DNA of 63,423 nt, filler included, from 4 parts of 4 records of this genome joined end to end with filler, not necessarily neighbours in it, one strand, 5' to 3'; shown: positions 24,793 to 35,539, numbered from the whole stretch's first letter. Numbers and translations: made by a program. Notes: generated by a model not told the origin, from the sequence alone.

Positions 24793-25359
24793 CTAAACCT
24801 TTACTGTATTAACTTGTACTGCAGGATTTCCTGCCACTATAACATTACTAGGAACGTTTTTAGTTACAACTGCATTACTGCCAATAACTGCATTTTCTCC
24901 TATAATAACACCTTTTAAAATCACAACATTATTACCTATAAAAACATTGTTCTCAATTTTAACTGAAGAAGATGTTCCTTTATTTTCCATTCGATTAGTT
25001 GAATGTAAGTCGTGAAAATTAGAATCATATATCTGTACATTGTACCCGCAAACCACATTATCTCCTATTGAGATAGAAGCATGTTCTGCAACTATGCTAA
25101 GATTATTGTTTGCATTAAAATTATGACCAATTGAAACACTAGCGGTTACTTCTCTAGCCTCTATATAACTATATCCTGTATAATAATGTGGAGATCTTAT
25201 GACACCAAAATGATTGGCACTCCCAAATTTTAACTCTCCTAACCCATTAAGCAAAAGAGGTTGGTGTTTAATAGGCGAACCTACAACTCGTTTAGCTGAA
25301 GATAGCCACGTGTATTTTACACGTCTTAACGTAACAAACAAAAGATTTGACAAACCCAT
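24793..25359 (-). CDS. Hexapeptide-repeat (LbH) sugar O-acyltransferase
   Basis: DSNFH, NVFIGNNVVILKGVIIGENAVIGSNAVVTK, VAGNPA. Confidence 0.88.
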   Translation of the reverse strand: MGLSNLLFVTLRRVKYTWLSSAKRVVGSPIKHQPLLLNGLGELKFGSANHFGVIRSPHYYTGYSYIEAREVTASVSIGHNFNANNNLSIVAEHASISIGDNVVCGYNVQIYDSNFHDLHSTNRMENKGTSSSVKIENNVFIGNNVVILKGVIIGENAVIGSNAVVTKNVPSNVIVAGNPAVQVNTVKV

Positions 25360-25398
25360 AAGAATAGTATCTTTACAAAGATAGCATTATCCATCATT

Positions 25399-26547
25399 AT
25401 GAAGATTCTTCTTATTGGCGAATATAGTGGGTTTCATAACTCCCTAAAAAAAGGCTTGCAACAATTAGGACATACTGTTGTTTTAGTTGGTGATGGTGAC
25501 AACTATAAAAACTATCCAGTAGATATTTCAACAAAGCCTGTTTGGTTCTCTAAATATTATATTCCTAGAAAATTTAAAAATGCAATTTACACCTTATTCA
25601 AAATAGATCTTCTAAAGGTAGAACAAGGCGTACGTTACCAATTTCTAAAATCTAAGTTTAAGAATTATGATGTTGTACAACTTATAAATTCAGATGCTTT
25701 ATTTACATATCCTTGGTTGGCAAAATCTGTATTACAATCAATTTTTAAACATAATAAATCTGTTGTTTTAAGTGCTTGTGGAGATGATACTCACTTTGTA
25801 GATTGGTTGCTAAATAATGACAAACCCTATAATTTATTAACACCTTTAAAGCATAAAAAGGTAACTGCAAGTGCGTTTAAATATACTTTAAAATACACTT
25901 CAAAAGCTTATAGGTCTCAATATAGCTATGTTGTAAATAAAGTAGATGCCATAATTCCTACAGATATGGACTATCTATTATCACTAAAAGGGAATCTTAA
26001 AACGACAAAATTAATACCAACGCCAATTGATCTTAATGCATTAGAATTTCCTTCTGAATTGCCTACAACGCCTATTCATATTTTTCATGGTATAAGTAAC
26101 AGTAATTATATTAAGAAAGGAAACGCCTATTTTGAAGATGCTTTAAAGAGTATTAAAGAGAACTATAAGGATCAAGTTAAAATCACTTCTACGTATAGTT
26201 TGCCGTACAACGAGTATGTTAGAGCTAATAATTCTGCTCATATACATTTAGACCAAATTTATTCTTACGATCAAGGCTACAATGCTCTAGAAGCTATGGC
26301 AAAAGGAAAAGTTGTCTTTACAGGAGCAGAACGCTGTTTTTATGAGCACTACAATTTGCAGGAAGACGTCTGCATAAATGCAAAACCTGATGTCGCATAT
26401 TTAGTGGAAAAGCTTAGTGAGCTTATTGAGAACCCTAAGAAGATAGCATCAATAGGATATAATGCTAAACTATTTGTATCCAAGTATCATAATCTTGAAA
26501 CCGTGAGTAAACAATATATTGAAGTTTATAATTCAGTAAAAGAATAA
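25399..26547 (+). CDS. Glycosyltransferase (GT-B, family 4-like)
   Basis: MKILLIGEYSGFH, KG...GYNALEAMAKGKVV. Confidence 0.85.
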   Translation: MKILLIGEYSGFHNSLKKGLQQLGHTVVLVGDGDNYKNYPVDISTKPVWFSKYYIPRKFKNAIYTLFKIDLLKVEQGVRYQFLKSKFKNYDVVQLINSDALFTYPWLAKSVLQSIFKHNKSVVLSACGDDTHFVDWLLNNDKPYNLLTPLKHKKVTASAFKYTLKYTSKAYRSQYSYVVNKVDAIIPTDMDYLLSLKGNLKTTKLIPTPIDLNALEFPSELPTTPIHIFHGISNSNYIKKGNAYFEDALKSIKENYKDQVKITSTYSLPYNEYVRANNSAHIHLDQIYSYDQGYNALEAMAKGKVVFTGAERCFYEHYNLQEDVCINAKPDVAYLVEKLSELIENPKKIASIGYNAKLFVSKYHNLETVSKQYIEVYNSVKE

Positions 26548-26558
26548 ATTCTCCTTCC

Positions 26559-27845
26559 TTAAAATTTGAGATTAAAAAGAGCTTTCCTAAATATTATAAG
26601 CACTACTATAAAGTGTATAGTATAACTAAATAGATGTGCCATAGAAGCACCTACAAAACCATAAGTATTTATAAAATAAAGACTAGAAAAGTAAATGGTT
26701 AAAACTGAACCTACCTCGACAAAAATATAATGCCAAAACATATTCTTTGCTAGGAATTGATAAGCGATTACAATACTTGCAATTTTTACTAGGTCTCCAC
26801 TTAGCTGCCAAAAGAATAAAGACGACATTGGTAAAAATTCATCTGTAAGAACAATTTGTATGATATAGGTTTTTAACACATATATAATTAACATTCCAGC
26901 AGCAAATAATGGTAAAATGGTTTTATAGAAGCCAAATATTTCTTTTCTAAATGCTTTAGGGTCATTAATCTCAGAGAGTTTAGGAAGAATATATAGTGTA
27001 AGTAATGTGGTGAAAAAGACCAAGTAATAGTTAGAAATTCTATTCATTGCTTCCCAGTAACCTGCTTCTGTGGCACTTTGTACTGTTACTATTTCAGTTC
27101 TTATGGCAATCATAATTAATGGTAAACTAATTGCCGAAACTAATTTCATAATAGCAAAACTCCCTAACCGTTTTATGTAACTATTAGAAATTGATTTTAA
27201 AGTAAGAAACGATGCAAAGTTCTTTTGGTTTAAGATAAGAACCAACGTGACTAAAAAATTTAATGCAGGTACTACCACAATAGCATACAATGCGCCTGTT
27301 AATTGCTGTTGCCATATTAATGTAACAGTAATGAGCATACCAAGTAATGTTGATGCAAATGTTATTAACACATAATTTTTGTACTTAGAAAATCCATTTA
27401 TTATTGCAATACAAAAAAAGTTAAGCGAATAAAATGGTAACGCAAAGGATATGGCTTTAATTACACTTGCATAATCTTCGCCTTCAAAAAGATATGCATT
27501 TATAACACCAGCATTAAAATATATGATAAGTGCACTAAGTATGGTCGAGAACGCACCAAAATAGAAGCTTGTAGAAAATAGCTTTTTAAGCTCAAGGTTG
27601 TCGTCTTTAAATTCTGCGGTATATTTTACAATACCATTATACATACCTAGAATACTAACTTGTTGTGCGGCGCCTAAAAAATTTCTAAGATTTCCTATAA
27701 GCGTCATTCCTTGTGGCCCTACAAAAACTGCTATTACTTTAGATATTATTAAACCACAAACCATTTGGGCTATAACACTCAAAGAATTAAGAGATGTTAC
27801 TTTTAAAAGTACATTACCACCTATAAGCCGATTTAAAAACTTCAT
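26559..27845 (-). CDS. wzx: O-antigen translocase/flippase (WzxE-like)
   Basis: Many TM helices; KVIAVFVGPQG, GIVKYTAE, AGYWEAMNRIS, WQLSGDLVK. Confidence 0.88.
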   Translation of the reverse strand: MKFLNRLIGGNVLLKVTSLNSLSVIAQMVCGLIISKVIAVFVGPQGMTLIGNLRNFLGAAQQVSILGMYNGIVKYTAEFKDDNLELKKLFSTSFYFGAFSTILSALIIYFNAGVINAYLFEGEDYASVIKAISFALPFYSLNFFCIAIINGFSKYKNYVLITFASTLLGMLITVTLIWQQQLTGALYAIVVVPALNFLVTLVLILNQKNFASFLTLKSISNSYIKRLGSFAIMKLVSAISLPLIMIAIRTEIVTVQSATEAGYWEAMNRISNYYLVFFTTLLTLYILPKLSEINDPKAFRKEIFGFYKTILPLFAAGMLIIYVLKTYIIQIVLTDEFLPMSSLFFWQLSGDLVKIASIVIAYQFLAKNMFWHYIFVEVGSVLTIYFSSLYFINTYGFVGASMAHLFSYTIHFIVVLIIFRKALFNLKF

Positions 27846-28945
27846 TTATAAGCATTAATAACGTTAATAATGGTAGACACTTCTGTATCAGTTAACATAG
27901 GATGGCAAGGTAAACTAATTACTTCATCATGTATTTTCTCTGAAATTGGAAAACTCAATTTACTTAACTCTTGTAATGCTTGCTGCTTATGTGGAGCAAC
28001 AGGATAATGTATATTATATCCTATTGCGTTATTTTTTAGATAGGTTGAAAATGCAGTTCTGTTAGCTACCCTTACAACAAACAGATGAAATACATGACTT
28101 TGAGAATTATCATATAATGGTAAAATTATGGCCTCGTTTTGTATCTCAGTAACATACCTTTTAGCAATATGTTGCCTAGAGGCATTATCCTCATCTAGGA
28201 ATTTAAGTTTTATATTTAAAATGCTAGCCTGCACGTCATCTAATCTTGAGTTTACGCCTTCATAATCTGCCACGTAGCGTTCATTAAACCCATAATTTCT
28301 CAAACTTTTTATGCGTTCTGCTAATGTGTTATCGTTTGTGGTTACAGCTCCAGCATCTCCTAAAGCTCCTAAATTTTTTGTTGGATAAAAACTATGTGCA
28401 GAAGCATCACATAAATTACCACTAATTAATTTGCTGTTTAATCGCGCGCCATGAGATTGTGCGCAATCATCAATTAATATTAATTGGTGGTTATCACATA
28501 TACTTCTTATTGCATTTACATCACACAATTGTCCATATAAATGCGTCATTAAAACCACCTTAGTATTTGGGGTTAGGCTATTTTTAATTAAACGACTATC
28601 AAGGTTATACGTGTTAATATTTGGTTCTACCAATATAGGCGTTAATCCAGCTAGTTTAACTGCTAAAATTGTAGCTATGTATGTGTTAGATGCTACAATA
28701 ACTTCATCACCTTTACTTATTTTACCTAAAGACATATAGCCTTTTAAGATTAATGTGAGTGCATCTAGACCATTTCCTGTTCCAATACAATGCTCTACCT
28801 GACAGTAATTTGCGTAGTTATGTTCAAAAAGAGAAACTTGTTCACCTAATATATAATAGCCAGAATCTAAAACATCACGATATGCATTTTTAAAAGCAGT
28901 ATCGTATTTAGAATTAAGTTGACGTAGATTTAAAAAAGGAATCAT
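27842..28945 (-). CDS. DegT/DnrJ/EryC1/StrS sugar aminotransferase (FdtB-like)
   Basis: GNGLDAL, DDCAQSHG, SFYPTKNLGALGDAG, NSRLDDVQA. Confidence 0.92.
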   Translation of the reverse strand: MIPFLNLRQLNSKYDTAFKNAYRDVLDSGYYILGEQVSLFEHNYANYCQVEHCIGTGNGLDALTLILKGYMSLGKISKGDEVIVASNTYIATILAVKLAGLTPILVEPNINTYNLDSRLIKNSLTPNTKVVLMTHLYGQLCDVNAIRSICDNHQLILIDDCAQSHGARLNSKLISGNLCDASAHSFYPTKNLGALGDAGAVTTNDNTLAERIKSLRNYGFNERYVADYEGVNSRLDDVQASILNIKLKFLDEDNASRQHIAKRYVTEIQNEAIILPLYDNSQSHVFHLFVVRVANRTAFSTYLKNNAIGYNIHYPVAPHKQQALQELSKLSFPISEKIHDEVISLPCHPMLTDTEVSTIINVINAYK

Positions 28946-29919
28946 AATAAAGACTGTGTTATAAGTTTATGATTCTTTGTATTAATGCTATAGGTATCAT
29001 GTACTACTGTTCTCGCTCCAAAACATTCTTTCCAATAATTTAAACCTTTATTTAGGGTCTTACCATTATTTGCATTTGAAGTTCCAAAACTAAAGTAAGA
29101 CTTATCAGAATATCTTTCATTAATTAAATAATTAAATAGAAAATCTAAGCTGCCAAAAGCTTGCCTATCTTCATTACTCGCTATGTACTGAGTATGAGCT
29201 ACCACATCTGTTTCAAAAATAGTGGCTCCAGCAATTATTGTATTATCGTGGTATACATTAAATTGTTTTATATGCTGTGGAAAATTATTTGCCAGTGTAG
29301 TTATTTCATTCAATGAGTGCACAGGATTGGCATCAAATTGTGTACGTAATGTTGGTATTAAAATTGACTCCCAAAATCTATTAAAATTTATTTCTTCTTT
29401 TATTTCAAGTTGATGAGCTTTTGCTTTCTTTACACCTTCTTTTCTGTTAGATTGAATTTTAAATGGCTTTTGTAAATTAATAACAGAAGCTGCTTCACGC
29501 TTTTCTAATTTGGCGTTCACCAAGAACAAGGCATAATCTAGGTCTTCAGTAAATTTAGATTCATAAATTTTAGGAAGCGGCTTAAGCTCTAAAGTTTCAA
29601 TAGAATTATCCTCTAGATATTTAAGTATAGTCTTTAGAATTTCTAGAACTTTTGGCAGCTTTACTTTAGGACTCAAAACCAATCCGCCATAAGTAAGGCC
29701 ATTATGACTATAAAGTGCAAAATCTGTTATATGAGCCGGCAATACAGCTACTAAAGCTTCATCCTCAAAAACCATTAAAGAGTAGTCTTTAAACCTATCC
29801 TTATGGTATTCCATAAAATCACGTTGCAAAAGAAATGTAGCATTCTTAGATTCTTGGCAAAACCGATTCCATAGATCTTTAAATTTGCTTGAATAACGGG
29901 AAATCTTAAGGGTTTTCAA
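28942..29919 (-). CDS. FemAB-like/GNAT acyltransferase associated with the sugar cluster
   Basis: NATFLLQRDFMEYHKDRF, SHNGLTYGG, FGTSN...GLNYWKECFGAR. Confidence 0.8.
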   Translation of the reverse strand: MKTLKISRYSSKFKDLWNRFCQESKNATFLLQRDFMEYHKDRFKDYSLMVFEDEALVAVLPAHITDFALYSHNGLTYGGLVLSPKVKLPKVLEILKTILKYLEDNSIETLELKPLPKIYESKFTEDLDYALFLVNAKLEKREAASVINLQKPFKIQSNRKEGVKKAKAHQLEIKEEINFNRFWESILIPTLRTQFDANPVHSLNEITTLANNFPQHIKQFNVYHDNTIIAGATIFETDVVAHTQYIASNEDRQAFGSLDFLFNYLINERYSDKSYFSFGTSNANNGKTLNKGLNYWKECFGARTVVHDTYSINTKNHKLITQSLL

Positions 29920-30002
29920 TAGTAACAGTCTTAATTCTGAAAAATACGATAATTATGTCAATCACAATTTTTCAGTATCTTAGTTTTCATAAACCAATTA
30001 TA

Positions 30003-31625
30003 ATGAAACAAATTGTATTTTCTCTGCTATTTCTAGCACTTCTTCAAAGTTGCAACACCAAAACACCTGTTGATTTAATTGTCTACAATGCAAACATTTA
30101 CACTGTAGATGATAATTTTAGCAAAGCCGAAGCAATGGCTATTAAAGACGGTAAGTTAGTTGCTGTAGGAACTTCTGAAGACATAACGAACTCCTATACC
30201 TCTGATGTTCAAAACGATATTAATGGCCAAACCATATTACCTGGTTTTATTGATGCACATTGCCACTTTTACAACTTAGGTATACAACAACAACGTGTAG
30301 ATTTGGTAGGAACTAAAAGTTTTAGTGACGTTGTTGAGCGTGTAACAGCATTTCAAAAAGAAAAAAATGTTCCTTTTATTACAGGACGAGGTTGGGATCA
30401 AAACGACTGGGATGTTAAAGAGTTTCCAAATAAGGATACGTTAGATGTTTTATTTCCAGATACACCAGTAGCTTTAACAAGAATAGATGGTCACGCTCTT
30501 ATTGCCAATAAGAAAGCTTTAGAGCTTGCCGGTATTACAAACACTACAAAAGTTGAAGGTGGCGAAGTAGAATTAAAAGATGGTAAGCTTACCGGTATAT
30601 TAATAGACAATCCAATGTCTCTTGTTAGAGATGTTGTGCCTAAGCCAGGAAGAGAGCAACAAATAGCGGCTTTAATGGAAGCTCAAGATATTTGTTTTAG
30701 CTATGGCCTTACTACTGTAGATGATGCTGGATTAAGTAAAGACGAGTATCATCTTATTGATAGCTTACAACAAGCAGGCGATTTAAAAATGCGTGTGTAT
30801 GGTATGATTAGTAATACCGAAGAAAATTTAGACTATTACTTAAATAAAGGAATTATAAAAACAGACCGACTTAATATTAGGTCAGTAAAAGTATATGCAG
30901 ATGGTGCTTTAGGTTCTAGAGGTGCTGCACTTAAGCAACCATATTCAGATAAGGGCAATCATTTTGGAGCAATGGTTATAGGTCCAGAAGACTTTAAAAC
31001 TCTTGCAGAACGTATTGCAGCTTCAGAGTATCAAATGAATACTCACGCAATTGGAGATTCTGCTAATATTGTGGTGTTACGTACGTATGACAAATTACTT
31101 TCTAAAGAAGAAAATAGAAGATGGCGAGTTGAGCACGCACAAATTATAACAGATCAAGATTTTGATTATTTCTCTACAAATATAATTCCGAGTGTACAGC
31201 CAACTCACGCTACTAGTGATATGTATTGGGCTGAAGATCGTGTGGGTGAAGAAAGAATAAAAGGTGCTTATGCTTATAATACGTTACTAGACCAAGCTGG
31301 CATAGTAGCATTAGGGACAGATTTTCCTGTAGAGCAAGTTAGCCCATTCTTAACATTTTATGCTGCAGTTGCAAGACAAGATACTTCTGGATTTCCTGAA
31401 GGCGGATTTAATATGAAAGAAGCCTTAACTAGAGAAGAGACTTTAAAAGGGATGACAATTTGGGCAGCTTTCTCAAACTTTGAAGAAGATGAAAAAGGTA
31501 GTTTAGAAGCTGGTAAATTTGCAGATTTTATTGTTTTAAATGAAAATATAATGGAAGTTGAAGCTTCTAATATACCTTCAATTAAAGTCCTTGAAACCTA
31601 TGTGAACGGTGAACAGGTTAACTAA
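30003..31625 (+). CDS. Amidohydrolase 3 (YtcJ-like) lipoprotein
   Basis: Lipobox-like LLQSC; PGFIDAHCH, DGALGSRGA, HAIGD, RVEHAQ, GTDFP. Start set at ATG 30003. Confidence 0.92.
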   Translation: MKQIVFSLLFLALLQSCNTKTPVDLIVYNANIYTVDDNFSKAEAMAIKDGKLVAVGTSEDITNSYTSDVQNDINGQTILPGFIDAHCHFYNLGIQQQRVDLVGTKSFSDVVERVTAFQKEKNVPFITGRGWDQNDWDVKEFPNKDTLDVLFPDTPVALTRIDGHALIANKKALELAGITNTTKVEGGEVELKDGKLTGILIDNPMSLVRDVVPKPGREQQIAALMEAQDICFSYGLTTVDDAGLSKDEYHLIDSLQQAGDLKMRVYGMISNTEENLDYYLNKGIIKTDRLNIRSVKVYADGALGSRGAALKQPYSDKGNHFGAMVIGPEDFKTLAERIAASEYQMNTHAIGDSANIVVLRTYDKLLSKEENRRWRVEHAQIITDQDFDYFSTNIIPSVQPTHATSDMYWAEDRVGEERIKGAYAYNTLLDQAGIVALGTDFPVEQVSPFLTFYAAVARQDTSGFPEGGFNMKEALTREETLKGMTIWAAFSNFEEDEKGSLEAGKFADFIVLNENIMEVEASNIPSIKVLETYVNGEQVN

Positions 31626-31627
31626 AT

Positions 31628-31656
31628 AAAAAGCTCGCAAATTGCGAGCTTTTTTT
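31628..31656. terminator. Bidirectional intrinsic terminator
   Basis: AAAAAGCTCGCA-AAT-TGCGAGCTTTTTT between convergent genes. Confidence 0.85.
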
Positions 31657-31672
31657 ATGATGTTTCCTAAGG

Positions 31673-32443
31673 CTATCTTCCGCCGTTAGCTTGTAAATCA
31701 TTAATACATTGAGGATCTAGAGAAGGTACACTATTCATACCTATCATACCAGATGCAAACTCAATAGAAGCTATCATAAGGCAATCTTCTACATTACAGT
31801 GACCTTGAGAATCTGGATCTACGTGTGGAGTTTGTGCTTCAGTTCCTATATCTACCAAACCAAATAAATGAGCAAACTCGTGTTGTAAAGTAGCAGACTC
31901 AATTTCTGAAACAGATGGTGTATTTAAAGGTTGCCCTGCATTATCTATAGTTTCTTTATATAATACTAAAGATGTGTTTCTATATGCAGTTCCTAATGTA
32001 ACACTGTTACCTTCATCATTTTCACTTTGTCCACTTAAATAAAGAATAAATACTGCTATTGTATCTTCTGTATTATATAATGTTCTGTTATTATCTTCTA
32101 TACTCACAATTTCAGAATTAGAATATGGAGACATCTCTGGAGACTCAATTGTACGCTGTGTAATTGTAATATTAGTCTTAAACGTTCGTGCCTCTAAAAA
32201 TTCTTCTAAATCTATTAAAGCAGAATTACTTACACTTACATTATCATCTACTGCAATTTCAATTGCTAAATTCGAGAAGTTTTGATCACTAAGCAAATCA
32301 TTTGCAGAACTCCCTAAAGGTAATTGGTTGCCAGCTTTTGGGTTATTAGGATCTACATTTCCATTATCATTATCTGAATCACTACTACAACCCATTAAGA
32401 AAACTCCTACAAATAGGTAAATAATAATTGTATTTAATCTCAT
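31673..32443 (-). CDS. Zinc metalloprotease-like lipoprotein
   Basis: FLMGC lipobox; HEFAHLFGL, GHC...CLM. Confidence 0.8.
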   Translation of the reverse strand: MRLNTIIIYLFVGVFLMGCSSDSDNDNGNVDPNNPKAGNQLPLGSSANDLLSDQNFSNLAIEIAVDDNVSVSNSALIDLEEFLEARTFKTNITITQRTIESPEMSPYSNSEIVSIEDNNRTLYNTEDTIAVFILYLSGQSENDEGNSVTLGTAYRNTSLVLYKETIDNAGQPLNTPSVSEIESATLQHEFAHLFGLVDIGTEAQTPHVDPDSQGHCNVEDCLMIASIEFASGMIGMNSVPSLDPQCINDLQANGGR

Positions 32444-32496
32444 AACTCTTTTTTAAATTTATATTAGCGTATCAAAATTACAATAATAACGACCCT

Positions 32497-33039
32497 ATGA
32501 GATTATTTGGTATAGCAATTACAATTATTTTAACGTTTAATACAATTACCTACGGGCAAAGCAATTCTTATAATGAAGATATTGTAAGTTATTTAGAAGT
32601 GAATGGAACTGAGACGCAATATGCACAAGCAGTAGAGCAATTATTTGTAATGCTTTCAAAACAATATGCAGGAAACAATATATCTAATGATGTCTGGAGA
32701 CAATTAGAAACTAAATATAAAACCAAAGCCCTTAAAAGTATTAAGCTATTACTTGTTACACCTTATAGAACTACGTTTTCCCACGATAATATTAAACGTA
32801 TGTTAGCATTTTATAATACAGAGGCTGGCAAACAAATGATGACAGATCCTACAAAACTTACAAAAGCTCAAAAAAGTGTAGCTGGAGATTTTTATGCATC
32901 AGATGCTGGAGCTAAACTTTTAGAAAATAAGACCAACCTAGAACAACGCGTAGCAGAAGTTTCTGAAATTTGGAGCAGAGATTTATATAGAATGGTAACA
33001 GAAGATTTACAACAAATGGGCTATACTACTGGACAGTAA
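32497..33039 (+). CDS. Secreted DUF2059-like protein
   Basis: Signal peptide; two FYxxxAG repeats (AFYNTEAGK, DFYASDAGAK). Confidence 0.7.
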   Translation: MRLFGIAITIILTFNTITYGQSNSYNEDIVSYLEVNGTETQYAQAVEQLFVMLSKQYAGNNISNDVWRQLETKYKTKALKSIKLLLVTPYRTTFSHDNIKRMLAFYNTEAGKQMMTDPTKLTKAQKSVAGDFYASDAGAKLLENKTNLEQRVAEVSEIWSRDLYRMVTEDLQQMGYTTGQ

Positions 33040-33709
33040 GCTTTGCTAAATAGTCATAATGCTCACCTTCATAAATTATATCGCAATTAAAACCGTGTAG
33101 TTTAGCTTCCTCCTTTAAATTATCTTTATCTAAAAACAGCCAATTAAACCAGTCTGTCTCTATAGATTTATAGGACAATTTATATTCCATTTGACCGTAA
33201 TAACCTTGTACTAAATCATCTTCATCAAACAGGTAAATCAAGTCTGAAGAATCTATCAAAACTTGTCCGTTTTTGGAAAGGAGAGATTTTAATTTATCAA
33301 AAAATGCAGGTATCTCTTGTAACGACCCAATAATTCCTGTACCATTCATTAATAGAATAATTGTATCAAAAGTACCTTCTACTTCTAAAAATGGGAGTTG
33401 ACGAGCTTGAACAACACCACGCCTTTTACAAGTGGTTATTGCACCTTCTGAGGTATCAATTGCTAAAACATCATGACCTTGCTCTTGTAGGTATAAAGCA
33501 TGACTGCCAGCACCACAACCAACATCTAATACAGAGCCTTTAGTATTTTGTAATGCAAGTTGTTCAATCTCTGGCATCTCACTAAAATCTCTAAAAAGAT
33601 AATGAACAGGAATTGTGTCATCTTCAAAATCTTTAGAGTGTACAGAGATATCTGCATCGTTTATACCATTAAAATAATCTGTAATTGCCTTACCAAATAC
33701 ATCTTTCAT
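33026..33709 (-). CDS. Class I SAM-dependent methyltransferase
   Basis: VLDVGCGAGSH; FDTIILLMNG. Confidence 0.9.
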   Translation of the reverse strand: MKDVFGKAITDYFNGINDADISVHSKDFEDDTIPVHYLFRDFSEMPEIEQLALQNTKGSVLDVGCGAGSHALYLQEQGHDVLAIDTSEGAITTCKRRGVVQARQLPFLEVEGTFDTIILLMNGTGIIGSLQEIPAFFDKLKSLLSKNGQVLIDSSDLIYLFDEDDLVQGYYGQMEYKLSYKSIETDWFNWLFLDKDNLKEEAKLHGFNCDIIYEGEHYDYLAKLTVQ

Positions 33710-33769
33710 AAGAGATGGTTTAATTTATTATAAGCTGAACTAATTTAAAAATACAAGTACCTTTGCAGG

Positions 33770-34261
33770 ATGAAAGATTTTATAGACCAGCTTCCAAATT
33801 TGGCCAAAGATAAGCAACAAGAAAATAAGAAATTCTTTTCTAAGCTTAAGAAAAAAACGCCTAAGCACTTGGATAGTTTAATGGTAGAGTTACACGAAGA
33901 AGAGTTTTCAAGAACAGACTGTTTAGATTGTGCAAATTGCTGTAAGACAACTGGTCCCCTATTTACAAATAAAGATATTGAACGCATTTCTAAAAAATTT
34001 AAGCAGAAACCGCAGCAATTTATTGACCAGTATTTAAGAATAGATGAAGATAATGATTACGTGCTACAATCTGTACCATGTACATTTTTAGACGCAGAAA
34101 ACCATTGTTTAATTTACGATGTAAGGCCAAAAGCTTGTGCAGAGTTTCCTCATACAGACCGCAAAAAGTTTCAACAAATATCTAATCTTACTATAAAGAA
34201 TGTAGGTATTTGTCCTGCAGCTTACAATATAGTTGAAGAGATGAAAAAAAGAATTAAATAA
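33770..34261 (+). CDS. YkgJ-family cysteine cluster (CxxCxxCC) protein
   Basis: CLDCANCC, PCTFL...CLIYDVRPKACAEFP. Confidence 0.9.
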   Translation: MKDFIDQLPNLAKDKQQENKKFFSKLKKKTPKHLDSLMVELHEEEFSRTDCLDCANCCKTTGPLFTNKDIERISKKFKQKPQQFIDQYLRIDEDNDYVLQSVPCTFLDAENHCLIYDVRPKACAEFPHTDRKKFQQISNLTIKNVGICPAAYNIVEEMKKRIK

Positions 34262-34267
34262 TATATT

Positions 34268-35386
34268 TTACTTCTGTCGTATCTGTGAAAAACTAATACC
34301 TAAAGTCTTTTCAAAAAATCTAAGCTGCTTTAATTCTTTTGAGTTTACTATAGCTAAAGACATTCCTTCTTTACCAGCACGAGCTGTACGACCACTTCTG
34401 TGAGTATAAAATTCATCTTGGCTAGGCAATTCATAGTGAACAACAAAGGCTAAATCTTCTACATCTATACCTCTTGCAGTTAAATCTGTTGCTACTAAAA
34501 TACGTAAGCTTTCATTTTTAAAGGCACGCATAACTTTATCTCTTTCCTTTTGAAGCAAATCACCATGAATAGCATCTGCAGAGATGTTCTTAGCTATTAA
34601 TTGCTTTGCTAAAGTCTTGGTGGTGTTTTTAGTTTTACAAAAAACGATACCACGTTCTTTACCTTTAAATTTTAAATATTGTAATAATGTGGTTAGCTTA
34701 TCTGCATCTTCAACAAGAATATATTTATGCTCAATTTTCTTATTTACTACATTTTTTCCGCTAACCTTAATTTTAATGGCATTACTAGATAAATGAGAGT
34801 TTATAATCTGCCTGATGCCTTCTGGTAATGTTGCAGAAAATAACCATCTGTTTTTTGTAGCTGGTAAAGCACTTAAAATGGTATCCAAATCTTTTTTAAA
34901 ACCCATACTCAACATTTCATCTGCTTCATCTAAAACCACAGTTTTTACGTTAGTGAGGTCTACTACTTTTTTCTTCATTAAATCTACCAAACGGCCTGGC
35001 GTTGCCACGATAATATGTGTTGGCCTTTGTAAGGCTTTAATTTGTTTATCTATTTGAGCGCCACCATAAACTGTTTCAGAGAATATTTTATCTGAGTATT
35101 TTGTAAACTTAAATAGTTGCTTAGAAACTTGCATAGCTAACTCTCTTGTAGGACAAAGTACTAAAGCCTGTACATGATTTTTAGAAGCATTAATAAGCTC
35201 TAACATTGGTAAACCATAAGCTGCAGTTTTACCTGTACCTGTATGTGCTTGGCCAACAAAATCTGTAGGCTTTTCCAATAGTACTGGAATAGCCTGTTCT
35301 TGTATTTCGGTTGGGTTTATAATCCCAAGTTCAGTAAGTCCTTTAACGAGTTTAGGAGAAATGCCTAAGTCTGAAAATGTCTTCAA
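34268..35386 (-). CDS. DEAD-box RNA helicase (core only)
   Basis: Q motif, TGTGKT, PTRELA, TPGR, DEAD, SAT, HRSGRTAR. Confidence 0.95.
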   Translation of the reverse strand: MKTFSDLGISPKLVKGLTELGIINPTEIQEQAIPVLLEKPTDFVGQAHTGTGKTAAYGLPMLELINASKNHVQALVLCPTRELAMQVSKQLFKFTKYSDKIFSETVYGGAQIDKQIKALQRPTHIIVATPGRLVDLMKKKVVDLTNVKTVVLDEADEMLSMGFKKDLDTILSALPATKNRWLFSATLPEGIRQIINSHLSSNAIKIKVSGKNVVNKKIEHKYILVEDADKLTTLLQYLKFKGKERGIVFCKTKNTTKTLAKQLIAKNISADAIHGDLLQKERDKVMRAFKNESLRILVATDLTARGIDVEDLAFVVHYELPSQDEFYTHRSGRTARAGKEGMSLAIVNSKELKQLRFFEKTLGISFSQIRQK

Positions 35387-35539
35387 AATATATATCTTTA
35401 ATGAAGTGCAAAGGTACAGATTATAAGCGGTCTAATACTAAGTTCTAATTAGAATAGAACTAAAGTTTTAATATCCATTTAACACTACATTATTTTAGCA
35501 GTTTTTAATTGATTGTATCTTGTAGTGAAATCTGTAATT

